From assembly GCA_964247055.1 (NCBI GenBank), contig OZ176056.1, positions 5,084,001 to 5,148,000 of the forward strand: DNA of 64,000 nt. Reading direction: 5' to 3'. Both the position numbers and the translations under genes were made by a program. The notes below the pieces were generated by a model, which did no database searches, was not told the origin of the DNA, and saw nothing but the letters and a program-made list of their open reading frames with translations. This document shows positions 26,001 to 38,497 of this stretch, piece by piece. How positions within the stretch are numbered: the stretch's first letter is position 1; each line of letters opens with the position of its first letter. The stretch comes from Paragordius varius (taxonomy: Eukaryota; Animalia; Nematomorpha).

Positions 26001-26164
26001 AGGCTATTTAAATTGTCTATATTATCACATTGCGTATTTGCAGTAGTAATAGGATAATATTATAAAATTCCAATATTTTGCCTATAGCCGTGGATTGTGA
26101 CATATAATTATTGCCCTGCATCTTTCCATGCTTTAAGCAATACCAACCAGAAAACCTTTGCCCG
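26001..26164 (+). pseudogene. Antistasin-like peptide, copy C (pseudogene)
   Basis: ATG>AGG at 26001 (ccaaagAGGctatttaaattg vs ttcaagATGctattgaaattg), partly deleted exon 1 and intron, acceptor at 26087, exon 2 VDCDI*LLPCIFPCFKQYQPENLCP with in-frame TAA at 26105 and the last two Cys lost. Confidence 0.8.
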
Positions 26165-26621
26165 ATATATTTTTATTTTTTATATAATACAGTGGCAGAC
26201 AAGAATTTTTTAATTCAATTAAATACGATTTAGCAAGATTATCACTCAAAAAGGTGAATTAATCATAATAATCAAAAGAAAAACTTTTATCCGCCCACAT
26301 TATCTTGAAAAATAGCTAATTAGCATTCTAAATTAATATGTGAATACATAACAAATAATATTTACTAAACAATGTTGACAAATATGCTCCCTTAAATTTA
26401 ATTTGAAGCAAAAGAGGTGATACATTCTGAAATATTGTGCGAACTTTTGTAAAATGTAAAGTAAGTATACCGCATCAATAAAATAGTTTCTTTTTTTTAT
26501 AAATCTGCCAAACTTTAACATGTTACTTAGAAGGGGATGCATAACAAGGTCCACAAAATTATGATCAATAAATATATCCTGATAATTTTAAGTATGAATG
26601 ATAAAACAAAGGTGTTTCAAG

Positions 26622-27494
26622 CAGGGCTTGGAACCGGTTAATACAAGGGGAACTGGAACCGCGTTGGTTAAGAATTTAAAAATAGAACCGCTGAAATTTC
26701 GAAACCGGAACCGGGGTGGTTTCTAAACAAATATAACCGAAACCGCCTTGGTTCTTCAGAAATTTAACTGTTCCGAAACCGGTTTTTTAGATTTGGAACC
26801 GGTTCCCTTTTGGGTTCCTGACTTTTAATTAAATGATTAAAAAAATTATTATTATAAGAATACAAACAAAATTAATTCAAACAATTTATAATAAATTGCC
26901 AAATATATGGTGAAAGAAATATAGTGTAGCATAATAAATGAAACAATTATAAAAAAATAATAGGAAAAAGTATTAGAACAATGAGTGTTAAATTAAGTAT
27001 GGAATCTATAATTTTTTTATTTAACTTTAAATAAACCAAGTAATCGCTGTCAAACTTCTCAGGTTTGAAAATAGAATTAAGGGTGAAAAAACTCCTTTCA
27101 ACGGAGAACTATTTATGGAACATATGTGTTATAAACTTGAGTTAAAATATTAGTTTTTAATAACAGCGGAATCGTCCAAAAGTCAAAGAATGCTAATTTT
27201 AGCCGCTTAGTTTTAGGTTTGAAGTATGTTGTAATGAGTAGTGGTACAATTAAATTTAAATAATAAAATAATTTTTTATAATAAAAATCATATGGGAACC
27301 AGTAATTAAGGGGGCGGAACCGGAACCGGATTGGTTTTTAAAAATTTATAGATAGAACCGGGGTAGTTGCTGAAGTTATAAAATCGATACCGGGGGAAGG
27401 GTTCCCGGAGAAGTGGAACCGGGACCGTGTCGGTTCCATCCCAATAGAACCAGTTCTTATCAAAATCCCAGGAACCAGGTTCCACTAAGCCCTA
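26622..27494. mobile_element. hAT-type MITE, 873 bp, with GGAACCGG subterminal motifs
   Basis: TIRs CAGGGCTT / AAGCCCTA; perfect 8-bp TSD GTTTCAAG (26614-26621, 27495-27502). Confidence 0.9.
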
Positions 27495-27899
27495 GTTTCA
27501 AGAGTTTTGTCAAACGTTCCATATCAAAATGACGCATATTATAAAAATTTTATAATATATATTATATGATATAATTAAAAAAACAATAACTATATCCAAC
27601 TCTATTTTATGCTAAAAAAATCTCATATTTTCAAAGATTCCGCTTCTGTGAGCTTGTTTCAAAATATATAAAATGCCGAGAATGTGCGATGATAATCATA
27701 TATATGCTATGATTTATATTTAATTATTTAATATTCAATAAATAATTTTGGATAAATTTCTTTTGTTGAATTGTAAATCTTTAATAATGAAAATCGTACA
27801 CAAAACTTGAAGATATTTATTTACACTTTGTTGATTTCTATCATCTAAAATTTAGATTTTCTTTACATTATATAAAAATATAATTATTAATTAAAGAAA

Positions 27900-29612
27900 T
27901 CTAAAAAGGAATCATCAAAATGAATTTAAGCAAGCAAAAAAGTTAATATCAAGAGAATCATTTCTTGCCACTTATAACATAAATAATAATAGTGGATGCG
28001 TATACAAAAGGCTTTGGAGCTGTACTTTTGCAAATGGAGAATAAGAGAATCGTATTAATTGCATTCGCATCAAGAAAATGCCAGAACGCAGAGAAAAATT
28101 ATTCTGTGATTTAATTGGAAACTAAGGCTTTGCTATTTGGGTTAGAAAAATTTTATTATTATATTTATGGCCAAAATGTGAGGTCTAGTTAGATCATAAG
28201 CCGTTAGTTCATTTCGGAAACAATCCGAAGTTAAGAGGTAAATTATTAAGATGGATCTACAAGGCCGCCGCGGATTTTGATATTAAATATATTGCGGGAT
28301 CGACAAACATGGCCTATGTGTTTTCAAGACTCCCCAAAAAGAGTCAGCCACCATTAGCCAATGATGATGAATATGTGGCCGAAAAAATCCGACAAATCGC
28401 ATTCGTGGATTCAAATTTTAATAAAACCCAAATAAAAAAATTTGGAGGATAAACTGTTTAAACGATTACGTATAGCATTTTAAAATAATGATTGGCAATA
28501 CCGGAATTATCCGCATTCAAAACCGTGAGAAATGATCTCAAACAAGCTGATGGTTTTTTATATGTTAGTTTGTGCGAAGACGAATTTTGGCTTGGTTTCA
28601 TGTTGGACATTTGGGGATCGTTGCTATGAAAAACACAGCCAGGTCTTTGGTGTTTTGGCCCGGAATGGATAAGGAAATTGAAATTAGTACACACTGTCGG
28701 TGTTGTCAGAGAAACAGGACGAACATTGCTAATCCGGTATATAAATGAAACTTCAATGTGGGAATATAGAAAAGACTCCCTGTGGACATCGCGGGTCCTA
28801 TGTATGGTATATATTGATTGGTTTCAATTGACGCGTTCTCAAGATGGGTAGAGGTAGAGATACTTAGCAATAATACATCTGATGTGATTTTAAAACAATT
28901 GGGGAAATGGTTTTCCTCTTATGGTTTTCCAAGAATGTTATTATTTGATAATGCTACTTATTTCACGTTCAACTTTCGGGAAAAGATGACAAACTGGAAC
29001 ATTAATCATGTGACGTCTGCTCCCTATAACCCAAGAAATGTTGGTGGAAAGAGTGAATTAGGCGTTGAAGATTTCGTTCGACGATGATGACTGGCGTGAA
29101 GAGTCAAGAGGCAATAAAGAATGTATTATTGGCCTATCGAAACTCATGACATAATGAAATAAAGACGACTCCCGCATCGTTGTTTTTGAAGAGGAACATT
29201 ACACTGTTGAATTGGTTGCAAGATAAAGAAGCGCCTAAAGAAAGTACACCACCGAGGCAGTTAAGAGAATCACCTTCACAGACAATATTTACAAAGAATG
29301 AGATATCTAGATGGCGACCGGGTACGGTTGAGGTAAGAACAGGGCCTTTATCGTACGAAGTAAGGGATGAAGAAGGGAAAGAGATGAGGAAACATGCCGA
29401 TCAACTGAGGTCGGATGGTGAGCAGAGTGAGGCCCCCAGCGTTACCTAAGCGTTTTTTAAAGGATAAAAATGATATGTAGTTGATATTACAACATTGCAT
29501 CATTGTATTTTTATCTTATATCACATTAATATTATATTAATCACGTTTGGCGTTTATGTTCGTGCGTCATTATTCGTGTTCTCATTTGTAGAAAGACATA
29601 TCTCTTACAACA
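27900..29612 (+). mobile_element. 5'-truncated Ty3/Gypsy element (RNase H, integrase, 3' LTR)
   Basis: RNase H remnants VDAYTKGFGAVLL..FASRKCQNAEKNYS; integrase SIDAFSRWVEV, FDNATYF, TSAPYNP, WRPG..GPLSYEV..RKHADQL; putative LTR 29471-29612 (TG...CA). Confidence 0.85.
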
Positions 29613-31029
29613 CATGCATGTTAAAATTATAACTAATATAAAAGTATAAATATCACGAAATTTTAATAAATTAATTATTATTGGTAATTCGACAATTTAT
29701 ATCTCATGTACGATGACATTTTTTGGGAATACTTTTCTAACCCAGAGCTTAAACTCGTAAACTATAACGTTGTATTGGGATAGCTACAAACGATAGAGCT
29801 CAAAAAATTAAAGCTAAAAATAATTTCATTTATATGCCTGTATTATTAACGATAAAAATAAACAAAAGATGAAAAATGGGGCGAAAGGTTTGAGATGAAG
29901 ATTTTTTTCAATTTAGTATTAAAAAAATAGTATCATGTACATAAGCATAAAGATAGCATATTTTTTGCTTTAATTCTAAATAATATTTTTGATGTTTAAA
30001 TTTATAATTTGGAGGTATAATTTATAACAAGCAACAAGTTAATGATGTAGCATCGAAAAATTGTTAGCCACCATTATGGCTTTACCTGCCCACGCGTAAC
30101 GCCAAGCTTCAGAGGCCATACACATTGGAGGTTGGGGTTAATATTAGTATCTTCATACATAAAATATGTGTTTTGTTTAGTAGAGTTAATAAGTATAACA
30201 TATAATATTAGTATATATGTTTTAAAATAAGGATTTAAAGCAAAAATAATTGATGAAGAGCTTTTTGGTCCTTACTCTCAAAGCAATCACAACAGTCGAT
30301 GTCGAGTAGTAGAATATATTTTAGAAACAAAACTTAAGTGCAAAAAAAGTATTCATTTGTGTGGCTACTAAGGTAAATTACAGCAAGTATGGGCAAAAAT
30401 CCTTTATACGACCATGTTTTAGCTGAATCAGACTAGGTAGCTCGGTATAATTATTTCTAATTGCTTCTCAACTTAAGTCCAAAACAGATTAATAACCAGC
30501 CCCATCAGTGTTTTATGATGGCTTCCCAGGATGTCATCGTTCATAATGATTGCCAAGCCTCATCAAAGGTTCGTTCATGGCTTGAGTTTGTAATGGTGCA
30601 TTTGAGGTGGCTCGTGATACATATAAAGAGCAATTGAAAATAATAATCATATAAATATACTACAAAAAATTTAATATATATTTATCCCCAAATACTGACT
30701 CCTTTCGAAAATTGAAAAAATTAAAAAGCATACAAGCAGTCTGGCCCATCAACATTAAAGCCATTCTATTTTCCACCTGTATATATATTATCTCTCATTT
30801 TTGAGTTTATTCAAAAAGTTGGACAGGGGCGATGGAGCTGCCATCAAACTGGTCCTTATTATATTATTGCGAAGTGATAGAAAAATTCTCAATTTTTCAA
30901 AGGGTTACTAATAGTCTTAACAAAAAAACATATGATTTACCTTTTGGATTTCCTAAAACAAAAAACATGCCTAAAACTGATATAACTATATCTATAAAAA
31001 ATTAGCACTTCTAAAAAGTAACTTAATCA

Positions 31030-32462
31030 CACTCTTCGACAATATGGACTTTTTTGAGCACCACCATATATTTTATATGACTAACAGTGTTCTAAAACCG
31101 AATCTGAAAAATTTTGATCCTCCCAATTAAAATTTTGAGATATTATAGGTTTTATTTTTTAAAATCAAGCGAAAATCGAGAGAAATTAAATATATAAAAC
31201 TTATTATATTATAAAATTAATATCAGTTAATAAAGCGTTTTAAACTCTATCATTCGGATATAAATATGTCATTTAAATATCAAGGAGAAAAATACTACGG
31301 ATATATACGTCAAAATTTAAATTTTTTTCAGCTAATTTTAAACACTAATTTTATATAAAAAATAGTAAAAGAGACATTTTGTAGTTTTAACCTTTGGCTT
31401 TCAAATAGACTATATTTTTTATTAGTTTTGGTTATTTTTTTAGAATTTTTCTCTTCGGTTGATTCTCACAAAAATTCGTGTTATTTATATCTTGAGGATA
31501 TTATTTATTTTAAAGATTGGTATATAATAAAAATCAGATGGATGTTGGGCAGCCACTTTTATTACCTGGATGGATATCCTACTATAGTTTTATGAACTAC
31601 AATAATATATTAACGTTTACTCTTATTTAATCTTGTTATCCAATTTCATGGTCAAATTTGCCAAACTCTATTCTGTTAATTGGTTAATTTGCCATGTCGA
31701 TTTCCCTGGATTTTGCTGAAGTTAACTACGTTGTATTTCTGCAAGTCTCCCCGGCTCTACAATCTCATATATCCTTTGCCATATCTGACATAATTATAGG
31801 ATCGCTTGGCAAATTTTTGCAAACTTGTGTAAGCCGCCCGGATCTATAACCTCCCACCATATTAGCCCTATATTTTTAATATTTTTGATTTTTAAAAATT
31901 AGCTTGCAATTTATTTTAATTCTATATTCCTAAAGTTTCGAATTCTCTTTTATTTATACATTGCATTTTAAATTAATATACTAAATAAATGATAATATAG
32001 TATATTGTCTATTTATATGTCAAATAAGCCCGCTCGATAAGATCTATTTCTCTGGCAAAAGAGATTACAAACCTTTAACGTGATTTTGTGTAGTTTATAT
32101 TTTAATATAAAGATCGACGGCATTTTATATTTTATTTTATGGATCGACAATAACTTTTTCTGTAAGTTAATAAAATAATCTTCAGTGGTATCGTATACTA
32201 GGTCTGGTATATTTGAATCGTTTTTGCATTTTCGTTCTAAAATTATAATGAAAAACCTGGCTTTGTAATACCCTGTATCGACTTGCTCGTTTAAGTATTT
32301 AAATAGTACACGATGAATAATTGTTTTATATATTTAATACAAAATTTAAAATTAAATTTAAAAAAGAAATCTATTGGCGGTAGCAATTTTTTTTCTGTTT
32401 TGGCCTTTGTATGCATTAGGTAACAGAAAATGCAAAAAAATGGGCTGGTGCAAAACCTTGTT
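31030..32462 (-). mobile_element. Tc1-like non-autonomous element, family E (5' end clipped)
   Basis: Reverse complement is colinear with 33944-35319 over about 1.4 kb. Confidence 0.75.
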
Positions 32463-32680
32463 TTATGAAATAAGCGGTTTTTAAAATAATTTCTTATATC
32501 TATCTAACATTAATTTTTTTGCCAAAAATTTAACGTGTTTATTTAAAAAGCCAAAACAAAACATGTTGCTAGTTGGTGATCTAATTGATTATATTAAATT
32601 GATCCAAATGAGTGTAAATATATGAACTAACGCCATAACTTCGAAAAAAAACGGCTTCGTGGGCGGCATTTGTAATATAT

Positions 32681-32958
32681 ACCATTTACAATTCAAATTC
32701 ACCCTTAAACAATTCAAATTAACCCTCGTATCTAAATTCTCCCCAAAAATATTATATTTATGAAAAATAAATTTTGTTTAAAATTAATTTAAGACAGAGA
32801 AACTAATAAATCTAAAGATATATTACATATTAATGATAAGTTATTTTAACCTTAAAACACAAATTATTTTTAAGATTCATTAAAATTGTTCAAGGTTGAA
32901 TTTGAATTGTTCAAGGGAGATTTTACATTGTTTAAATGTGAATTTGAATTGTAAATGG
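32681..32958. mobile_element. Small foldback/MITE with CCATTTACAATTCAAATTC inverted ends
   Basis: CCATTTACAATTCAAATTCAC at about 32681 is the reverse complement of GTGAATTTGAATTGTAAATGG at about 32938-32958; internal AATTCAAATT repeats. Confidence 0.6.
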
Positions 32959-33943
32959 TCCTCAAACATAAGGCTGTAAAATACAAAAACAATATACCAA
33001 TATTTAATTTGTTGCAATCGGATAAGTTCTGAAAATTTCAAATATCAATTTTATTAACATTTTATGATACATTTCTCAACTAATTATTGATTTACAAATA
33101 TTTCTGGCGGCAGAGAATATCTCGGTAGGCCGCATGTCCTTACATGTTAATTGAAAAACGGCTGAATATGCTTGAAGATATGACAATATAACAAGAGTTA
33201 GTCACAGCAAACCCAACACTTTGAAGTGTTCGATTTAAAACCCCTTTGAATTTGCTGAACCCCTCAGACCTGCGACTATCTAACTATTACTATTACTATG
33301 CATTACTTGGGCAAAAATGGCTGAGGATTCGCCAAAAAATATTTTTGGAAAACTTATAACAGCACCTGCTATTTTGGTAACCATTATAGCTATAAAGTGG
33401 TCTGGTCATCATCAAGATTAATTTGGGATCAAAATTTCATAATAAACATTGAAATATTGCTCATTTTAAATGTAAATTTTACTAATAAATTATTTCCAAG
33501 GATGTAATTTAACAATTATATCAAATTAGGATGAAATTAATATTTGATCGGGGGTTTTAAACTCAAATATATCTCCTTCTGTGAGGAATCAAAGAAGTTA
33601 ATAATAAAGCGTTGTGACACAATCTTTTAATTTGTCTTTAAAAATTTCTTTTGCTAAAAACAAGCCACCTGTGGCACGCTTATTACAAATTTAGAAAGAC
33701 ATTAAATTTATCTCTGATATTGGTTATTTTGCAGCCTAATATGGTATAATGGGGCTAAAAGTAGAATGATAAATTTCGTTTTCAGATGATAATTCATATT
33801 TGTAGGAGAATACTGTAAGACAGATTATTTTTCGATGGAATGTTGTAAATTTAATTTTAATTCTCGTTGATAACATTGGGATGATCAAAAAACGATGTAT
33901 AATTGCATTTTTACCATAACATAGATTATGCTATTGTCGTTAA

Positions 33944-35319
33944 CACTGCTCAACAAGGTTTTGCACCACCCCATTTTTTTTGCATTTTCTACTACCAAAT
34001 GGTATGCGAAGGCCAAAACAAAAATATTTGATACCGCCAATAGGATTATAATAAAATTTAATCTTTTTGTATTTAATTTTAAAAAACAATTATTCCTAGT
34101 GTACTTATATTTAAATATTTAAACGAGGAAGTAGATACAGGTGATTCCAAAGACAGGTTTTTCATTATGATTTTAGAAGGAAAATGCAAATATGATCCAA
34201 CCAGCCCCAGTATAAGATACCACAAAAGATTTTTTTATAAACGAAGACTCTACCGAATATATTATTGATGATCCATATAATAAAACTTTATAATGCCGTC
34301 GATCTTTATATTTAAATATAAATTGCCCAAAATCGCTGCTGAATAGTTTTTTGCACGACAAATATGTTTTATCGAGCGGGCCTGTTATTCGACATAAAAC
34401 TAGACAATATACAACAAATAAAATTTATCAAATAGAATTAATAATTGTAATATATAATATAGAATGCGAAACTTTAAGAAATAGAAATAAAATAAATGCT
34501 AAGAATTTAAGAGTATCAAAAATCAAAATCTAGGCTAATGTATGGTGTGGTGTTAAAGATCCGCGTTTTCACAAACTCACCGCAGCAATCCTATAATTAT
34601 GCCAGATATGGCAAAGGTTATACAATGAGGTGATCGTAGAGACGGAGAAAACTGCAGATAATATAACGTTAACTTCAGAAAAATTGAGGGAAATCGACAT
34701 GTCAAATTAACCAGTTCACAGAATAGAGTTAGACAAAATCACCATAAAATCGTCATCATATTGTTTATAAAGTTATGGTAATTTATCCATCATCCAGCTA
34801 GCTGCCCAACATCCATCTGAAATTCAAATTATACCGCAGCCAATCATTTTCAAAATAAATAATCACTAGGTATAAATAGGATTTTTTGTAAGAATCAACA
34901 AATTATAAAAATCCTTATAAATATTCTAAACTAAAACTATAGTCTATCTGAAAGCTCAAGGTTTAAAATGCCAAATGCCTCTTTTATATTTCTAATATAA
35001 ATTTATAGGTGTTTAAAATGAGCTTTAAAAAACACCAAATTACGTTTTTACTTTTACTATTTTTTTTCCTGATATTAAATGACATATTTATAAACAAAAG
35101 AGAGTTTAAAACGCTTTATTATATATTAATTATATAATATATAAGTTTATATTTGATTTTCTGCCTATTTTTTCTTGTTTTTAATAATTTAAAAAACCTG
35201 CAATATCTTAGAAATTTTGATTATCAAAATTTTATTCAGATTTGGTTTTAACACTGAAATCAGTCAAAAATTCAAAAATTTGAGTGGTGATTCTCAAAAA
35301 AGTCCAAATTTGACTAGTG
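33944..35319 (+). mobile_element. Tc1-like non-autonomous element, family E
   Basis: Termini CACTGCTCAACA...TGACTAGTG|TA; three copies in the window. Confidence 0.75.
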
Positions 35320-37789
35320 TAATGAAACGATTCTTCAAGCAAATATCGGAATTTGGAGAACCATATTTTAAAAATAGATGACATATATATATTAAAGTTG
35401 TCACATTAAAGTCTAAAATTATTGTTAAAAATATGTATTTTTAGAAATTTGAAGTGCGAATTATAAAGATGCGTCTGCATGGACTAGAAAAAACACATCT
35501 CAAATCAGTCTGTAGTTCAGGGCAGATTTTTTTCTTATATTTATAAGATCATGGTGAGTAAATAAAGATTACTAAACACTGTTTACTTGTTAAGAGTTAA
35601 TTTGGAGTGAATAAATAGGTAAGGAACCCTAAAAAAATTAACATTTGTTTTTTAAGAAAGTTGTCAAGTAATTAAAAATATTTATTTAAGGAAACCCTAC
35701 ATATTTTTAGGATGCTAAATACCATCCTTAAATATTTAGAAATATCATTGCAATCGATAGTAGAGGATGAAACAAGGCATTAGAGCTGATGCGGTTTTGA
35801 ATTTAATAATATTTTTATTAGATTCACTAGAGAATAAAAATTCAAGCTTTTCAGCTATATTTTTTATATAAGATTTATTTTTATGTCTAATATTTTAGAT
35901 TTTTCTAGTAAGATTTCTCGCAGATCCCGAGCATCAAATTACTATCGAGTTAGTTTTTGGGGTGTAACAAATCTCATTTCTTTTGTTATGCAAGCCACAA
36001 AAATTGAAAGTCAATTAGTATCTTATGCGATTCTTGCCAAATAGTATGATAATAAACTATTATTTTATCATCAGAAAAAATGTTTAAATCAAATTTTAAG
36101 CAATTTTTTATATTATTATGAAATGTGGATTGTCTTAATAATTTAGGAAAATTTGTTCCAATTCTGTGCAATCTTTTATGATTTTACGGGTAGTACGGTT
36201 TTGTTATCCATCGCCTTTCTAATTTGATCAATTTCATAAATAATATCCATGGATTCGTTTTGTAATTTTTTATATGCTACTTTGGAATAATACATATGGT
36301 ATCATAGATTTATTCAAAACTATGGGGTATCTAAAATATTTAATTACACTGATCAACATGGTTTTGCACCACCCCATTTTTTGCATTTTCTGTTACCTAA
36401 TGGCATGGAAAGGCCAAAACAGAAAAATAATTTGAGGCCGCCAATAGAATTTTTTTTAAATTTAATTTAAAATTTTGTATTTAATTTTTAAAAACAATTC
36501 CTGGTGTACATATATTTAAATATTTAAATGGGCAAGTCGATACAAGAGTATTCCAAAGCCAGGTTTTTCATTATAATTTTAGAACGAAAAAAATGATCCA
36601 AATATACCAGCCCTAGTATACGATACCACAGAAGATTATTTTAATAACGAAGATCCTACAGAAAATGTAATTGTCGATCCATATAATAAAACTTTACAAA
36701 ATGCCGTCAATCTTTTACATTTATCGAGCGCGCTATTTGCATATAAATAAACAATATACAATATATAAATATCATCTATTGAATATATTAAAAAAATCAA
36801 TGTATAAAATAAAAGAGAATACATAACTTTAGGAATATAGTTTTAAAATACATTGCTAAGAGCTAAAGAATATTGAAATCCAAAAATTTTATGGTATGGG
36901 GTTATAGATCCGGACGGCTTACACAGGCTCTGCAAAAATTTGCCAAGCGATCATATAATTATGTCAGATCAGGCAAAGGATATACAATGAGATCGTAGAG
37001 CCGGGGAGACCTGCGGAAATACAACGTAGTTAACTTCAGCAAAATCCAGAGAAATCGACATGAATTAACCGATTCACAGAACAGAGTTACGCAAATTTGA
37101 CCATGAAATCGGATAAAAATATTAAATAAGTTGAAACGTTCATATATTACTGTAATAAAATTATAGTATGATATCCATCCTCCAGGTAATAAAAGTGGTT
37201 GCCAAACATCCATCTGAAATTCAAATTATATTGCATCCAATCATTTTCAAAATAAATAATATCCACAAGGTATAAATAACACGAATGTTTGTAAGAATCC
37301 GAAGACAAAAACCCTAATAAGTACTAAAAATAACCAAAACGAACAAAAAATATACCTGTTTGAAAGCCGAAGGTGGAACTAAAAAAATGCCTCTTTTACT
37401 ATTTTTTAATGTTTTTTAAAAAATTGAAAAACCTATAATATCTTAAAATTTTATCTGGGTGGATCAAAATGTTTTCACATTCGGTTTTAGAACACTATTA
37501 GTCATAGGGTGGGGTGATAAAAAAGTCGCACTTGACTTAGCCAAGCGTGGCAAGGTGAGCAAGATTACTTAAGCCAGCAAGTGTACACTGGAAGATCGGT
37601 GATAAAAAAAACACTTAAGTCAAGTCTTTTGCTTATGAATGTAACATTTTATTGCCACCCAATTCAAATTTTATGGATTGATCATTTTCAGCCAAAATTT
37701 ATGAAATAAGGCACAAAAAGATAAACAATTAATACAATATGCATTTATTGAAGTTTTTTAAACTCACTGGCACGTATCTTATTTAATAT

Positions 37790-38420
37790 TATAGAGTTTT
37801 CTAAATTTTGAGCCTGGTAATAATTTTTAGATTGATGAAACCATTCGCCCTTATCTCCATCATTTTACCACACATTTTGTTGAATATATCAACCGAAAAG
37901 GTCGTGATAGCCTTAATTGTCAATTTACCTGTGACGGTGATGAATTTATAACGAGTTTAAACGTTAAAATGCCGGGAAGCGTTCATGATAGCCGTTTCCG
38001 CAAAAGTATAATACGTTCCTTTTTAGCCAATACCAATGCGGCACTATTGGGTGACAGTGGGTATGGAATTACTCCATATATAATAACACCATTTAAAAAC
38101 CCTAACACCTTTTACAAACGAAGTTTAATACATTCCATGCTAGATAAAGAATAGTCATTGAAAGGCTATTTGGTCAACTCAAACGCAGGTTTCCCATATT
38201 GCATAATAAAATGTGAGTTCATTTGGATACCGCAGATTGTAAGCTGCGCCGTACTACATAACATGGCTAAATTTTTAAAGGATGATTTTGATATAGATGA
38301 TGTGATATCAATTGCTTTAGATTATATTAATAACGATGATGATTGTGAAGATGAAGACAATATGGATAGTGCTTTGAGAGACGAATGAATCTCAGGTCAA
38401 CAAAAAAGAGATAACATTGT
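37790..38420 (+). pseudogene. Harbinger DDE nuclease (HARBI1-like) pseudogene
   Basis: YINRKGRDSLNCQFTCD, PGSVHDSR, LLGDSGY, ITPF, CAVLHNMA motifs; stops and frameshifts. Confidence 0.88.
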
Positions 38421-38497
38421 AAATGTATTAAAAGCATTAATTTATTATAAATATATTTGCTAAAAATATTGATTCGTATGGATTATATATATATATA

